DNA of 64,000 bases. It comes from a virus. Numbering within the stretch: the stretch's first letter is position 1; the number at the start of each line of letters is the position of its first letter. Under the pieces are notes generated by a model. It made no database searches. It worked only from the letters and a program-made list of their open reading frames with translations, and was not told where the DNA came from. This document shows positions 19,701-27,876 of the stretch, piece by piece. The stretch covers positions 79,220 to 143,219 of the IMG/VR virus record IMGVR_UViG_3300038829_000263. One strand, 5' to 3'. The position numbers and the translations under genes were made by a program.

Positions 19701-19983
19701 GCGCATCTCCGGCGTCGAGGCCCTGGCGGCCCAGCGCGTGTACAAGCTCTCCCTGTCCGAGGCCGACCGCGAGCTCGTGTCCGCCGTGAGCCAGGCGCCC
19801 ACCGACGCCCCCGGGCGGTTCGCGCAGGCCACGGCCGAAGGCCGCGAGGCCAAGGTCTACGAGGCCGAGCTGGAGGAGGTCATCGGGGCCCTCCGGTGCC
19901 TGGGCGAGGTCGAGCATGGGCTCCTGGCGGCGGAGCTGTCGCGGGCGATGCGGGGGATGGCGCTGACCGCCGGGCGCGTGTAG
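16756..19983 (+). CDS. Giant mosaic head-region protein (~1075 aa) with SH3/KOW-like domains and acidic and Pro/Ala linkers
   Basis: GGAG RBS; FKTGDEVRLPDGRTGRV; EEEGEEGEEGD tract; PAPAAPAPA tract; coiled-coil segments. Confidence 0.85.
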   Translation: MLESLSLAIRIYRHLAESTQEVAPGDVWEWAAVRKALLSAPHGPGLIKHLETLGESAREGSLAWLRSMAPFAPMGRVVRLPGVAEARAFLTKVRAEGMLAEPMGETCVQVHDVDEEEIRRAVQAAQGVLVETAASAYKAFDHDLFQNMLDDGNSVERVESAILRAIESRGAGTLDESFVIVGQYAPEEKFIGRLERFADLRPRQVLGMDVELAEALYVAGRLPAAARPIVARVLHLTEETESAPVGDTAASPAQAGTPLDKGGVAKDQPDVSAGAPAQSQDGEKKEAEQPTDMRPDEPSDEITLPDGTIVPEDVLRQALARMLVVLSTQLEQGVGTNGQPNGNGEEEGEEGEEGDAEADEGEDEDAGATPAPAAPPAEKPAAQAAAQTEGTIGPSFKTGDEVRLPDGRTGRVITSVFNDVIVRLADGSEWRGPGSTVLKLAQTEAVVAEGTPMSDMLNREFPPGSVWADGAGERARITGNGSDGLVYYVEFTRLDRLFMGWSHDYRTADQMIAAKKSGEIRMVRSESVVKVTEGRKHLMAAVADPAKFEVGSFKVVAIGEGVQAQVGRLAATKRERIQSLVFDKAKFTEATAQEWITRYRAKTVAPARRPELTEAASPNLNDPLALSRGIFANAKEHYGATRSYLGGSRGMHQLQIWFPNNESARRFVAEMGGEWGPNVRIEESLMKDASVFVEWYSPMFEGQRLDEDWFTNMRESAKAFYETASKDASSAAEQLGTKPTSAKSWPDMLARAERLGDHCSVSLRQALVMNRELVQAAKGADALAGVEERTRRSVAEAEEPGDAEEKAVGAAAWEDARAQVSAMKAAVFKLVTDDLVKIEAVSKALDAKKAMRAAVKLRETFEELHDEMKKALGSFEDAHDMFVAETGAEKPAEEAPAAEAPAPAPAAPAPAAPAAEVPAPAAPAPAPAAEESRTDQAVRRLTGSNVARRVAEGVMMGEVVDAMRAECSDLGLSVRELAEVHERISGVEALAAQRVYKLSLSEADRELVSAVSQAPTDAPGRFAQATAEGREAKVYEAELEEVIGALRCLGEVEHGLLAAELSRAMRGMALTAGRV

Positions 19984-20009
19984 ACGACGCCAGGGCGGTT
20001 TGGTACCCT
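19981..20009 (+). promoter_or_regulatory. Sigma70-like promoter TAGACG-N17-TACCCT (extended -10 TG)
   Basis: 17-nt spacer; upstream of gene 20031. Confidence 0.5.
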
Positions 20010-20030
20010 TCCCCACAGGAATAGGGCAGG

Positions 20031-20363
20031 ATGCAGAGCACGAAGTCCGCGTACTACACAGCGCCCGCCATCGCGGCTCGCATCGTGGAGTTCAAGAACA
20101 ACGGCTCGCTCCCGCCCTACGTGGTCGTGGAGAACCTGGGCACAACCGCGTCCGCCTCGGTGATCTACCAGGAGAGCGACGACGGCTCCACCTGGACGGA
20201 CATCGCCTCCACGACGACGACGGTGAACCCTGGCACGTCGAACGGCCAGAAGATCACGTCGACCAAGGCTCACCTGGCGCTCAAGGCCGGCGGGAACGTC
20301 CCGCTACTCGTGAGCGTCCATCGCACGGTGAACGGGTCTCCGGCCAGCCTCGGGGCGGCCTAG
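20031..20363 (+). CDS. Small virion structural protein
   Basis: YQESDDGSTWTDI; Thr/Ser beta-rich; lies in the head cluster. Confidence 0.75.
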   Translation: MQSTKSAYYTAPAIAARIVEFKNNGSLPPYVVVENLGTTASASVIYQESDDGSTWTDIASTTTTVNPGTSNGQKITSTKAHLALKAGGNVPLLVSVHRTVNGSPASLGAA

Positions 20364-20384
20364 TTTCAACAGGAGGGTGGCCAC

Positions 20385-21422
20385 ATGGCCGAGATCGGCT
20401 ACAGCTTCAACGGGATCGGCCTCGCCGAGGCGCAGGACAGGGTCAACGAGCACCGGACGGGCGTCCCGAGCAAGGGCCTGATGGCGCTCCTGCAGCGCAC
20501 CATCGGCATCCGCCGGACGTCCAAGGTCGGCGTCGCGAACACCGGCCGCGCGGCGGCCCACGTGCGCCTGCGGCACCAGGGCCTCGAGCGGACCATCGCG
20601 GCCGAGGCCCTGGCGGCCCTGAACGTGCCGGCGACGAACCGCTTCGTCGGGCGGCTCCAGTTCGGCGCGATCACGCCGGGCTCGATCGTCGTCACCGAGG
20701 CCGGCGCCCTGGCCGACATCGTGGACGACGGCCTCGGGAAGCTCTACGACATCGGGTTCGTGGGCGTCGCGGCCAACTTCCGCGGGACGATCAACTACGT
20801 CACGGGCGCCCTGGACGTGACCTTCGGCGCGGCCTTCACGGCGCCCGTCACGATCGCCTACCGGCACTCCGACTACGTGGACTTCGCCTCCGCGAACCAG
20901 ATCGTGTCCGGCCCCGCGGGCGCGCTCCCCTACACCCTCCAGCTCCCCTTCGGGCGCGTGGTGCCGGGCAGCGTGTCGCTCACCGACGGCGTCTCCACCT
21001 GGGTGGACGACGGCAAGGGCAACATGATCCAGGCGAACCTGGCGCGCGGCACGATCGACTACGCCGCCGGCATCGTCGTCCTGAACACGGGCCCGGCCGT
21101 CGCGGCCCCGCTGACCGCCGCGTCGGTGATGCAGTACAACCCGTTCGCCGCGCTCGTGGCCGCGGGCGGTGGCCAGAAGCTGCTCGACATCTTCTCCCAG
21201 ATCCCCGAGCTCACGAACGGGCCCTGGGCGGCGGGCGTGGACAGCGAGACCCGGCTCGGCCTCGTGGGCGAGTCGAACGTCCTGGCCCTGGCCACGGACC
21301 TCGTGGTCCAGTGGTCGCACTACGGCGAGGAGCCGTACCGGGTGGACGAGGTGTTCTCGGGCTTCCCGCCCGGCGGCTTCTCGAACGACCCCAACGTGGA
21401 CCAGGCGGTCGCCCACCTGTAA
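20385..21422 (+). CDS. Virion structural protein with two PG[ST]..DDGxG..I[DN]Y modules
   Basis: AGGAGG RBS; ITPGS..DDGLG..GTINYVTG and VVPGS..DDGKG..GTIDYAAG. Confidence 0.8.
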   Translation: MAEIGYSFNGIGLAEAQDRVNEHRTGVPSKGLMALLQRTIGIRRTSKVGVANTGRAAAHVRLRHQGLERTIAAEALAALNVPATNRFVGRLQFGAITPGSIVVTEAGALADIVDDGLGKLYDIGFVGVAANFRGTINYVTGALDVTFGAAFTAPVTIAYRHSDYVDFASANQIVSGPAGALPYTLQLPFGRVVPGSVSLTDGVSTWVDDGKGNMIQANLARGTIDYAAGIVVLNTGPAVAAPLTAASVMQYNPFAALVAAGGGQKLLDIFSQIPELTNGPWAAGVDSETRLGLVGESNVLALATDLVVQWSHYGEEPYRVDEVFSGFPPGGFSNDPNVDQAVAHL

Positions 21423-21485
21423 GGGCGACCGGCCCCGTACGGGGCTTGATCGGGGCACCGTCGGGCACCGCACGAAGGGGGAGCC

Positions 21486-22379
21486 ATGGCGATCGTCAGG
21501 ACAACGCGCGACGAGGTACTGCGCCTCGGGCCTGGGGCCTCCGGGGAGGAGTCCCGGCTCTCGGGGGCGTCCCTCGTGTTCGCCGACATCCCGGCGCTCG
21601 GCAACGTGCACGCCTACGTGCATCGCCCGACGGAGCTCAAGGGTGCGGCGGGGCTGTTCGGCGTGGAGCTATCCGACGGCGGCGCGGCCGCCGGCGCCAC
21701 GCAGCCCTACCGCTTCGAGCTGGCGCAGCCCCCGGCGGACTTCACCGTCGGGGGCGCGACCTTCGCCCGGCCCAGGACGCGCCAGCGGGTGCTCGTGGCC
21801 GACGGCCGCGGGCACTTCTGGGTCAACCAGGAGGTCCCGGCCTTCGCGGCCTTCGCTCCTGTCCAGGACGGGGCGCTCGTCCAGTGCGGCCGCAAGGAGC
21901 ACATGCTCCCGATGCCGGGAAACAACGTCCCGGCCGGCGCGACCTTCCTCCTCCGCTTCCGCTGGGTGGCCACGGCGGTCGTGGCCGAGGTCCAGGCGTC
22001 CCCGCCCATGACGCCTGGCGTGCCCGACGGGATACGGCGCTCCTTCCGCGGCCAGCTCGGGAACCTGACGCCCAACTCGCGCATCGCGCCTGGGTCGGTC
22101 GTGTTCACGGCCACGGTCACCGCCCTGGCCCTCACGATCCGGGACGACGGCCTGGGGCGCCTCGTCGGCATCCGACGCGACGCGAACGGCAACGTCACGG
22201 CCACGGCCGATGGCCTCATCAACTACCTCACCGGGCAGTGGTCGCTCGACTTCGGCCCCCCGCCCCCGGCGACGGCGATCGTCCCGGACGCCGCGACCAA
22301 CATCTCCGCCTCCTACGAGCACTCCTGCCCCTACCTCCCGCTGGACGTGCATCTGGAGTGGGACGTTCTGCTCCAGTAA
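21486..22379 (+). CDS. Virion structural protein with one PGS..DDG..INY module
   Basis: GGGGAG RBS; IAPGSVV..RDDGLG..GLINYLTG. Confidence 0.8.
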   Translation: MAIVRTTRDEVLRLGPGASGEESRLSGASLVFADIPALGNVHAYVHRPTELKGAAGLFGVELSDGGAAAGATQPYRFELAQPPADFTVGGATFARPRTRQRVLVADGRGHFWVNQEVPAFAAFAPVQDGALVQCGRKEHMLPMPGNNVPAGATFLLRFRWVATAVVAEVQASPPMTPGVPDGIRRSFRGQLGNLTPNSRIAPGSVVFTATVTALALTIRDDGLGRLVGIRRDANGNVTATADGLINYLTGQWSLDFGPPPPATAIVPDAATNISASYEHSCPYLPLDVHLEWDVLLQ

Positions 22380-22389
22380 GGGCTTACTG

Positions 22390-22836
22390 ATGGCTGTCCG
22401 TGTCCCCCTGCCGCGCTACGCCGACCTCCCCAAGGTCGTGCTGTTCCATCGCGCGCACCCGACGGACCCGACGGTCATCCTCCAGCTACCGAACGAGGAC
22501 CGGACGGACTCGGAGACGTACCGCCTGGACCTCGAGCGCGAGGGCGACCGCGGGTGGATCGAGGGGCTTCCCGGCGGCCGGGACGTGCTCTACAAGCTGA
22601 CGATGGAGATGCACATCGCCTACGAGCCGGCGACCGGCGGCATGCGCGCCATCGCGGACCTGGACGAGCCCACCATGCGCCAGCAGGAGATCGCGCTCGC
22701 GCGCCTGGAGGCGTCCCGCACGGCCAACGGCGCCCAGCGCTCGACGCTCCGCTCCCGGCGCCACGTTCCCCCACCGTCGACGTTCCGCCTGGGCCTCATG
22801 CTCGGGCAGGAGCCGCTCAGGAGGGCACCCCTGTGA
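22390..22836 (+). CDS. Hypothetical protein
   Basis: ATG 22390; overlaps the protease start. Confidence 0.7.
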   Translation: MAVRVPLPRYADLPKVVLFHRAHPTDPTVILQLPNEDRTDSETYRLDLEREGDRGWIEGLPGGRDVLYKLTMEMHIAYEPATGGMRAIADLDEPTMRQQEIALARLEASRTANGAQRSTLRSRRHVPPPSTFRLGLMLGQEPLRRAPL

Positions 22837-25800
22837 GCGTGGAACTCCTGACCCCGTCCGTGGCGCGGCTCCTGCTCGCGGAGCAGCGCAACGCCCCTCA
22901 GCGGATCGAGCTCCGCGAGACCTTCTCCGTCGACCCGCGCGCCCTGACCGAGGGCGCGAAGGGGAACATCACGGAGCTGGCCGACGGGCGCTTCCGCGTC
23001 CGGTGCAAGGGCCAGCACTGCGGCCTCGTCAACCGGAACAACCGGCGCTACGAGACGAAGAAGACGTGGGGCAGGCACACGCTCCCGGAGAGCGTGTTCA
23101 TGCGCCGGGTCAAGTCCCGCCGCGTCGTGGGCCAGCTCGAGCACCCCCCGGAGGGACGCGGGGGCATGGGCCTCGGTGCGATCGTCGTCACGGAGGTCGA
23201 AGCCCCGAACGCCCAGGGCGAGGTCTGGATCACGTTCGAGACGATGTCGACGCCCGACGGGCGGATCGCCGAGTCGTACATCCGCGACGGCGTCGGCTTC
23301 GGCGTCTCCTCGCGCGGACACGGGTCGGTCGTCCGCGGCGTGGATGGCGTGGACGACGTGCAGGAGGACTACGAGCCGGGCGCCTGGGACTGCGTGCTCG
23401 ACGAGTCGACCCCTGGCTCCGAGGTCGTGTCGCAGAAGCTCCGGGAGAGCCGCAAGGCGCTCCTCGAGTCGGTGGGCGGCGATGAGGCGAAGGCCCGCGA
23501 GCTGTGCCGGATCGAGACCGAGTCCGCCCTGGCGCGCATGTTCCCCACGGCGCCCGCGGCCGCCCAGGAGAAGAACGTGACCGAGGCCGAGGCTGGCGAC
23601 CCGTCGACCGGCGGCGTGGACGACGAGATGCCCCCGACCGGCGCGAACGAGTTCCTCCTGGCGCTGCCCGACGGCGCAGGCCACTACCGCGCCTACGACA
23701 ACTCCATCAACCAGTGGGACGTCTGGCTGGAGATCCACAACCTCGCGCCGAAGCGGATCGCGAAGGCCCTGCAGACCCTCGCGGCCGCGAAGGCGGCGGC
23801 CGAGGCCCACGCCCAGTACGTGGTCGGCGCCGCCATGACCGAGGCGGCCAAGCAGGACCCGAACGCCCGGCGTGCGCTCCGTGCGGCCCTTCGCGACGCC
23901 ATGCGCGCCCAGGCCGAGGCCGCGACGAAGAAGCCCGTCACCGAGGACGCGGAGGAAGTCGCTGCGGTCCCCTTCACGGGCACGTGCGTCTGGCTGCGCG
24001 ACTTCGACTCGGCGTCCGAGGCCGAGAAGGCGATGAAGGCCCTGGAGGCCGCCGGCTTCCACGTCGAGCAGGACGACTGCTGCGTGTCCGTCCAGACCGG
24101 CTACACGGACGCCCTCCAGGCCATCGAGCACATCAAGCGCGTGCTCGGGATGAAGGACATCGCCATCGACGAGGTGCGTGTCGTACGCCATGGCAAGACC
24201 GTCTGGGCTGACCGGCTCAGCGAGGCCCTGCCGGGCGATCCCACGCCCCAGGTCGGGGACATCGCCTACGACGGCGGCGCGGAGTACGTCATCACGAGGA
24301 TCGACGCGGCGAAGGGCCTGGCCTACGCCACGCACCCGCGCTACGGCGACCGGACGTTCTACATGCCGGCCACGCAGCGCGGGCAGAACTACGGGTTCTG
24401 GCCGCGGCACGACAAGATCCGCGGGAAGCAGGCATGGGGCCATCAGGACCGCCCGCGCGTCTGGGGTCCGCTGGGCTTCGACGAGGCGATCAACACGCTC
24501 CCGTCCGTGGCCGACCAGCCCCAGACGTCCGTCCCCCAAGCCGAGGACGACGAGCTCGATCACTTCCCCTTCGACCTGGACGACGAGCCCTGCGGGCTGG
24601 AGATCCTGGGCGACGACCCCTACGAGGAGAACGGCATGGGCCCCACCGCACCCGCGTCCTTCGGCGCCTCCGACTTCGGCGAGATGGGCATCTACGACAA
24701 CGGCGACATGGACGGTCTCCCCATGCCCCCGATGGAGATGGCAGAGCCGGAGGAGCCCATGTCCCAGGCGACCTACGCCGAGATGAAGGCCAAGATGGAG
24801 ATGCACCGCGCCGGCTACATGGAGATGCGCGGCCAGATGGAGCGCATGCGGCGCGGCATGTCCGAGGCCGAGGGCGGCTCTGGCTACCCGGCGGCCCTTC
24901 CTCTCGACGATCCCGAGGACCTGGACCACGACCTCGACTGGGTGAACGCGCCCAAGATCGACGTGGGCGTGGCCGAGGCCGAGGGGAACGGCAACGGGAA
25001 GAACGGGAAGAACGGGAAGAAGGACGACGAGGAGGAGAAGGACAAGGACAAGAAGAAGGACGAGGCCAAGCGCCAGGCCGTGTACTACTCCCGTGTCCCT
25101 CGTCCCATGGCCGAGGGCAAGCGCCCTGCTGGCCACGCGCGCCTGTACTTCACGGAGAAGGACGAGCTCCTGGGCCTGGCCGAGTTCAACGAGCAGGGCA
25201 AGTGCGTGGCGAAGTCCGGGATGCGCGAGGGCAAGCTCGTGCCCATCGGCAAGGGCACGCCCCCGACCCCCGCGAAGGTCCACGAGTCCCACAAGGGGTT
25301 CGTGAAGGGCTGCGGCCTGTGCGAGGAAGTCACGCGCCGTGAGCAAGCGGCGCTCGTGGCCCGCCGCAAGGCGGCCGTGGCGGAGGCGGCCAGGCTCGTC
25401 GGCATCGCGCCGGCCGCTGCCCCGGCGAAGCCCTCGCTCACCGAGATGACGAAGGACGCCCAGGACTTCATCGGGCGGGAGATCGCCCACCTGGTGAAGG
25501 ACAAGGGCTACGAGCAGGACCGTGCCGTGGCGGCGGCCTACAACATCGCCCGTGAGAAGGGCTACTCCGTGCCCACGGCGCCCAAGGACGAGGCCGCGGT
25601 CAAGGCCATCGCCGGCAAGACGCTCATGGAGCACTCGACGCCCGCCGGCGAGGTCGTGGCGCTGCGCAAGCGCACCTCCTACCTCCAGGAGGAGGTCACG
25701 CGTCTCGAGCGCGAGAAGGCGCAGATGACGGACCTCGTGAACACGATGTCGTCGGTCCAGCGGGCCGCGCTCACGGAGGCCGAGATCAAGCGCGTGGTCC

Positions 25801-26321
25801 AACTCCACCCGGAGCTCGGGCGCATCAAGGAGCGCCTGGACAAGGCCAAGAGCCCGGCCGAGGTCGTGGCGGAGGCCAACTTCGCGCTCGGCCTCCTGGG
25901 CAAGCCGCTCATCCCGGTGACCGAGGCGGCGCCCAAGCCGGCCCCTGCCCCCAAGCCCGCGGCCGCGCCGAAGCCCGCCCCCCAGAAGCCCGCCCCCCAG
26001 AAGCCCGCCGCTCCCCCGGCGCCCATGACCGAGGCGTCGACGAAGCCGGCGGCCCCCGCGAAGCCGCCCGCCCAGACCCCCGCCCAGGCGCCTGCCCAGG
26101 CCCCCGCACCGACGAACGGCGCGACTCCGGCTGGTGCACGTGCTAAGGTGGGGACGACCGCCGTGGAGAGCCTGGCCGTGCCGGACGCTCCCGGAGGTCC
26201 GCTGACCGAAGCGGAGGAGGCGGCCTTGCTCGGTGGCGGAGAACTCACGGAGGCGTCCCTGGCGACGGGGACCATGAGTCGCGTTGCGGCCTACAGGCGT
26301 AGGGCGCGGGGCGAGAACTAA
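22833..26321 (+). CDS. T4 gp21-type prohead protease fused to a ~950-aa scaffold/cargo extension
   Basis: AGGAGG RBS; VNRNNRRY, GQLEHP (His), TPDGRI..GVSSRGHGSV (Ser), WDCVLDESTPGS (Asp); C-terminal coiled coil immediately before the capsid gene. Confidence 0.9.
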   Translation: MSVELLTPSVARLLLAEQRNAPQRIELRETFSVDPRALTEGAKGNITELADGRFRVRCKGQHCGLVNRNNRRYETKKTWGRHTLPESVFMRRVKSRRVVGQLEHPPEGRGGMGLGAIVVTEVEAPNAQGEVWITFETMSTPDGRIAESYIRDGVGFGVSSRGHGSVVRGVDGVDDVQEDYEPGAWDCVLDESTPGSEVVSQKLRESRKALLESVGGDEAKARELCRIETESALARMFPTAPAAAQEKNVTEAEAGDPSTGGVDDEMPPTGANEFLLALPDGAGHYRAYDNSINQWDVWLEIHNLAPKRIAKALQTLAAAKAAAEAHAQYVVGAAMTEAAKQDPNARRALRAALRDAMRAQAEAATKKPVTEDAEEVAAVPFTGTCVWLRDFDSASEAEKAMKALEAAGFHVEQDDCCVSVQTGYTDALQAIEHIKRVLGMKDIAIDEVRVVRHGKTVWADRLSEALPGDPTPQVGDIAYDGGAEYVITRIDAAKGLAYATHPRYGDRTFYMPATQRGQNYGFWPRHDKIRGKQAWGHQDRPRVWGPLGFDEAINTLPSVADQPQTSVPQAEDDELDHFPFDLDDEPCGLEILGDDPYEENGMGPTAPASFGASDFGEMGIYDNGDMDGLPMPPMEMAEPEEPMSQATYAEMKAKMEMHRAGYMEMRGQMERMRRGMSEAEGGSGYPAALPLDDPEDLDHDLDWVNAPKIDVGVAEAEGNGNGKNGKNGKKDDEEEKDKDKKKDEAKRQAVYYSRVPRPMAEGKRPAGHARLYFTEKDELLGLAEFNEQGKCVAKSGMREGKLVPIGKGTPPTPAKVHESHKGFVKGCGLCEEVTRREQAALVARRKAAVAEAARLVGIAPAAAPAKPSLTEMTKDAQDFIGREIAHLVKDKGYEQDRAVAAAYNIAREKGYSVPTAPKDEAAVKAIAGKTLMEHSTPAGEVVALRKRTSYLQEEVTRLEREKAQMTDLVNTMSSVQRAALTEAEIKRVVQLHPELGRIKERLDKAKSPAEVVAEANFALGLLGKPLIPVTEAAPKPAPAPKPAAAPKPAPQKPAPQKPAAPPAPMTEASTKPAAPAKPPAQTPAQAPAQAPAPTNGATPAGARAKVGTTAVESLAVPDAPGGPLTEAEEAALLGGGELTEASLATGTMSRVAAYRRRARGEN

Positions 26322-26360
26322 CCGAGGCGTCGAGCCTACAACGACGCGCAGGAGAGCAAT

Positions 26361-27809
26361 GTGATCGCAACTCGTGAGATGGCGCGGCGGTCTCGGATGC
26401 TGACGGACCGCCTGGTCGACAAGCACAGGGCCCTGGTGAAGAAGTACGAGAGCTTCTCGCTCCCGGAACTCGACATCAAGGGACTCAACCCGATGGAGAT
26501 CCTGGAGACGGGTCCCAACCGGGAGAAGGACCCGCTCAAGGCGTACAAGTGCGCCCGCCTGATGGAGAACTTCGTCCAGGCGGCGATGCGCCAGGGCACG
26601 ATCGACGAGACCTCGCGCGCCTCGCTGCCCGCCTGGATCAAGTCGGGCCTCGCGCTGATCGCGGCCGCCCAGGCCGACGACCAGACCGACATGGTCATCT
26701 CCGACCAGCCGCTCTCCTCGCGCAACGGCCGCATCCACTACCTGGACGTGGTCAGCGAGCGCGCCAAGGGCCAGATCGGTGACCGGACGAAGCTGTTCGA
26801 CGCCCTGGCCGGGTTCCGCGGGACGCAGGACTTCACGTCCGAGAACATCGAGAACGAGCGCCTGTCCGGCCCCGGCGGCGCGACGTTCAACGTGTCCCTG
26901 GGCTACTCGCCCGTCATCCCGGGCACGCTGCTGCTGACCGACGGCACGCAGCAGGTCCGCGACGACCGCAACGGCAACCTGGTCGGCGACGTGGGCGCGC
27001 CCGGCGGCGGGTTCACGAACACGATCGACTACCTGACGGGCGCCGTATCGGTGCGCCTGGCGGTGGCGGCCGCGGGCGATGTCCGCGTCAGCTACCAGTA
27101 CAACATCGAGGCGTCGCTCGTCCTGCCCGAGTACGGCATCCTGCTCCGCGCCGAGGCAGTCCAGGCCCGGCCGCGCGCGCTCGGCGCGTCGTGGTCGCAC
27201 CAGGCCGTCATGGACTTCATGAACGACTACGGCATCGACGCCGAGCCGACCATCATCGAGGCCGGCGCGCGCCTGATCGCCCAGGAGAAGTTCAAGCACG
27301 TCGTCAACACCCTGCGCCAGAACGCGACGGGCGGCTCGATCCTGTTCGACAACACGGCCCCGACGGGCGTGTCGTACCGGGACCACCTCAAGACGTTCTC
27401 GCTCTACCTGAGCCGCCTCCAGGACCTCATCTGGGAGGCGACCCAGCTCGTCCGCCCGAACCGGATGGTGATCCACCCCTCGATCCTCTTCATCGTCGCG
27501 TTCCAGGACGGGTTCGAGGGCGTCAAGTTCGCCAACGACGGCATCGCCGGCCCGCGCTACGTCGGCCGCCTCGCGCGGCACGACATCGACGTGATCGCCG
27601 ACCCGACGTTCCCGCGCGACGAGTTCGTGCTCACCCACCGCGGCCAGGAGTTCGTCTCCACGGCGGCGGTCATGGGGACCTACGTGCCGCTCTACAAGAG
27701 CCCGGTGCACGTGCGCGGGTTCCGCAAGGACTTCGCGCTGCTGACCGAGTACGTGCTCAAGATCATCAACTCGAACCAGATCGGCACGGGCAAGGTCATC
27801 AACCTTTGA
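26361..27809 (+). CDS. Major capsid protein, T4 gp23 type, with inserted beta module
   Basis: QPLSSRNGRIHYLD and VQARPRALGASWSHQAVMDFMNDYGIDAE match gp23 blocks; follows the protease/scaffold gene. Confidence 0.92.
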   Translation: MIATREMARRSRMLTDRLVDKHRALVKKYESFSLPELDIKGLNPMEILETGPNREKDPLKAYKCARLMENFVQAAMRQGTIDETSRASLPAWIKSGLALIAAAQADDQTDMVISDQPLSSRNGRIHYLDVVSERAKGQIGDRTKLFDALAGFRGTQDFTSENIENERLSGPGGATFNVSLGYSPVIPGTLLLTDGTQQVRDDRNGNLVGDVGAPGGGFTNTIDYLTGAVSVRLAVAAAGDVRVSYQYNIEASLVLPEYGILLRAEAVQARPRALGASWSHQAVMDFMNDYGIDAEPTIIEAGARLIAQEKFKHVVNTLRQNATGGSILFDNTAPTGVSYRDHLKTFSLYLSRLQDLIWEATQLVRPNRMVIHPSILFIVAFQDGFEGVKFANDGIAGPRYVGRLARHDIDVIADPTFPRDEFVLTHRGQEFVSTAAVMGTYVPLYKSPVHVRGFRKDFALLTEYVLKIINSNQIGTGKVINL

Positions 27810-27817
27810 TAGCCTAT

Positions 27818-27876
27818 TCTTGACCTTCTCTGCGGCTATCGCTATCATGCGGTAGCCGTAAGGCAGGAGGTCAAGA
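27818..27876 (+). promoter_or_regulatory. Promoter TTGACC-N17-TATCAT embedded in a hairpin that sequesters the downstream RBS
   Basis: -35 at 27820-27825, -10 at 27843-27848; 27818-27829 pairs with 27865-27876 and 27831-27842 pairs with 27849-27860. Confidence 0.8.

Noticed and set aside
21905-21922. Further copy of the 18-bp palindrome (GCTCCCGATGCCGGGAAA)
   Set aside because: Only 14/18 match with a broken left arm; could be chance
24985-26110. Short tandem repeats (AAGAACGGG; AAGCCCGCCCCCCAG) as CRISPR or regulatory repeats
   Set aside because: They are in-frame low-complexity coding linkers (NGK, KPAPQ) with no spacers
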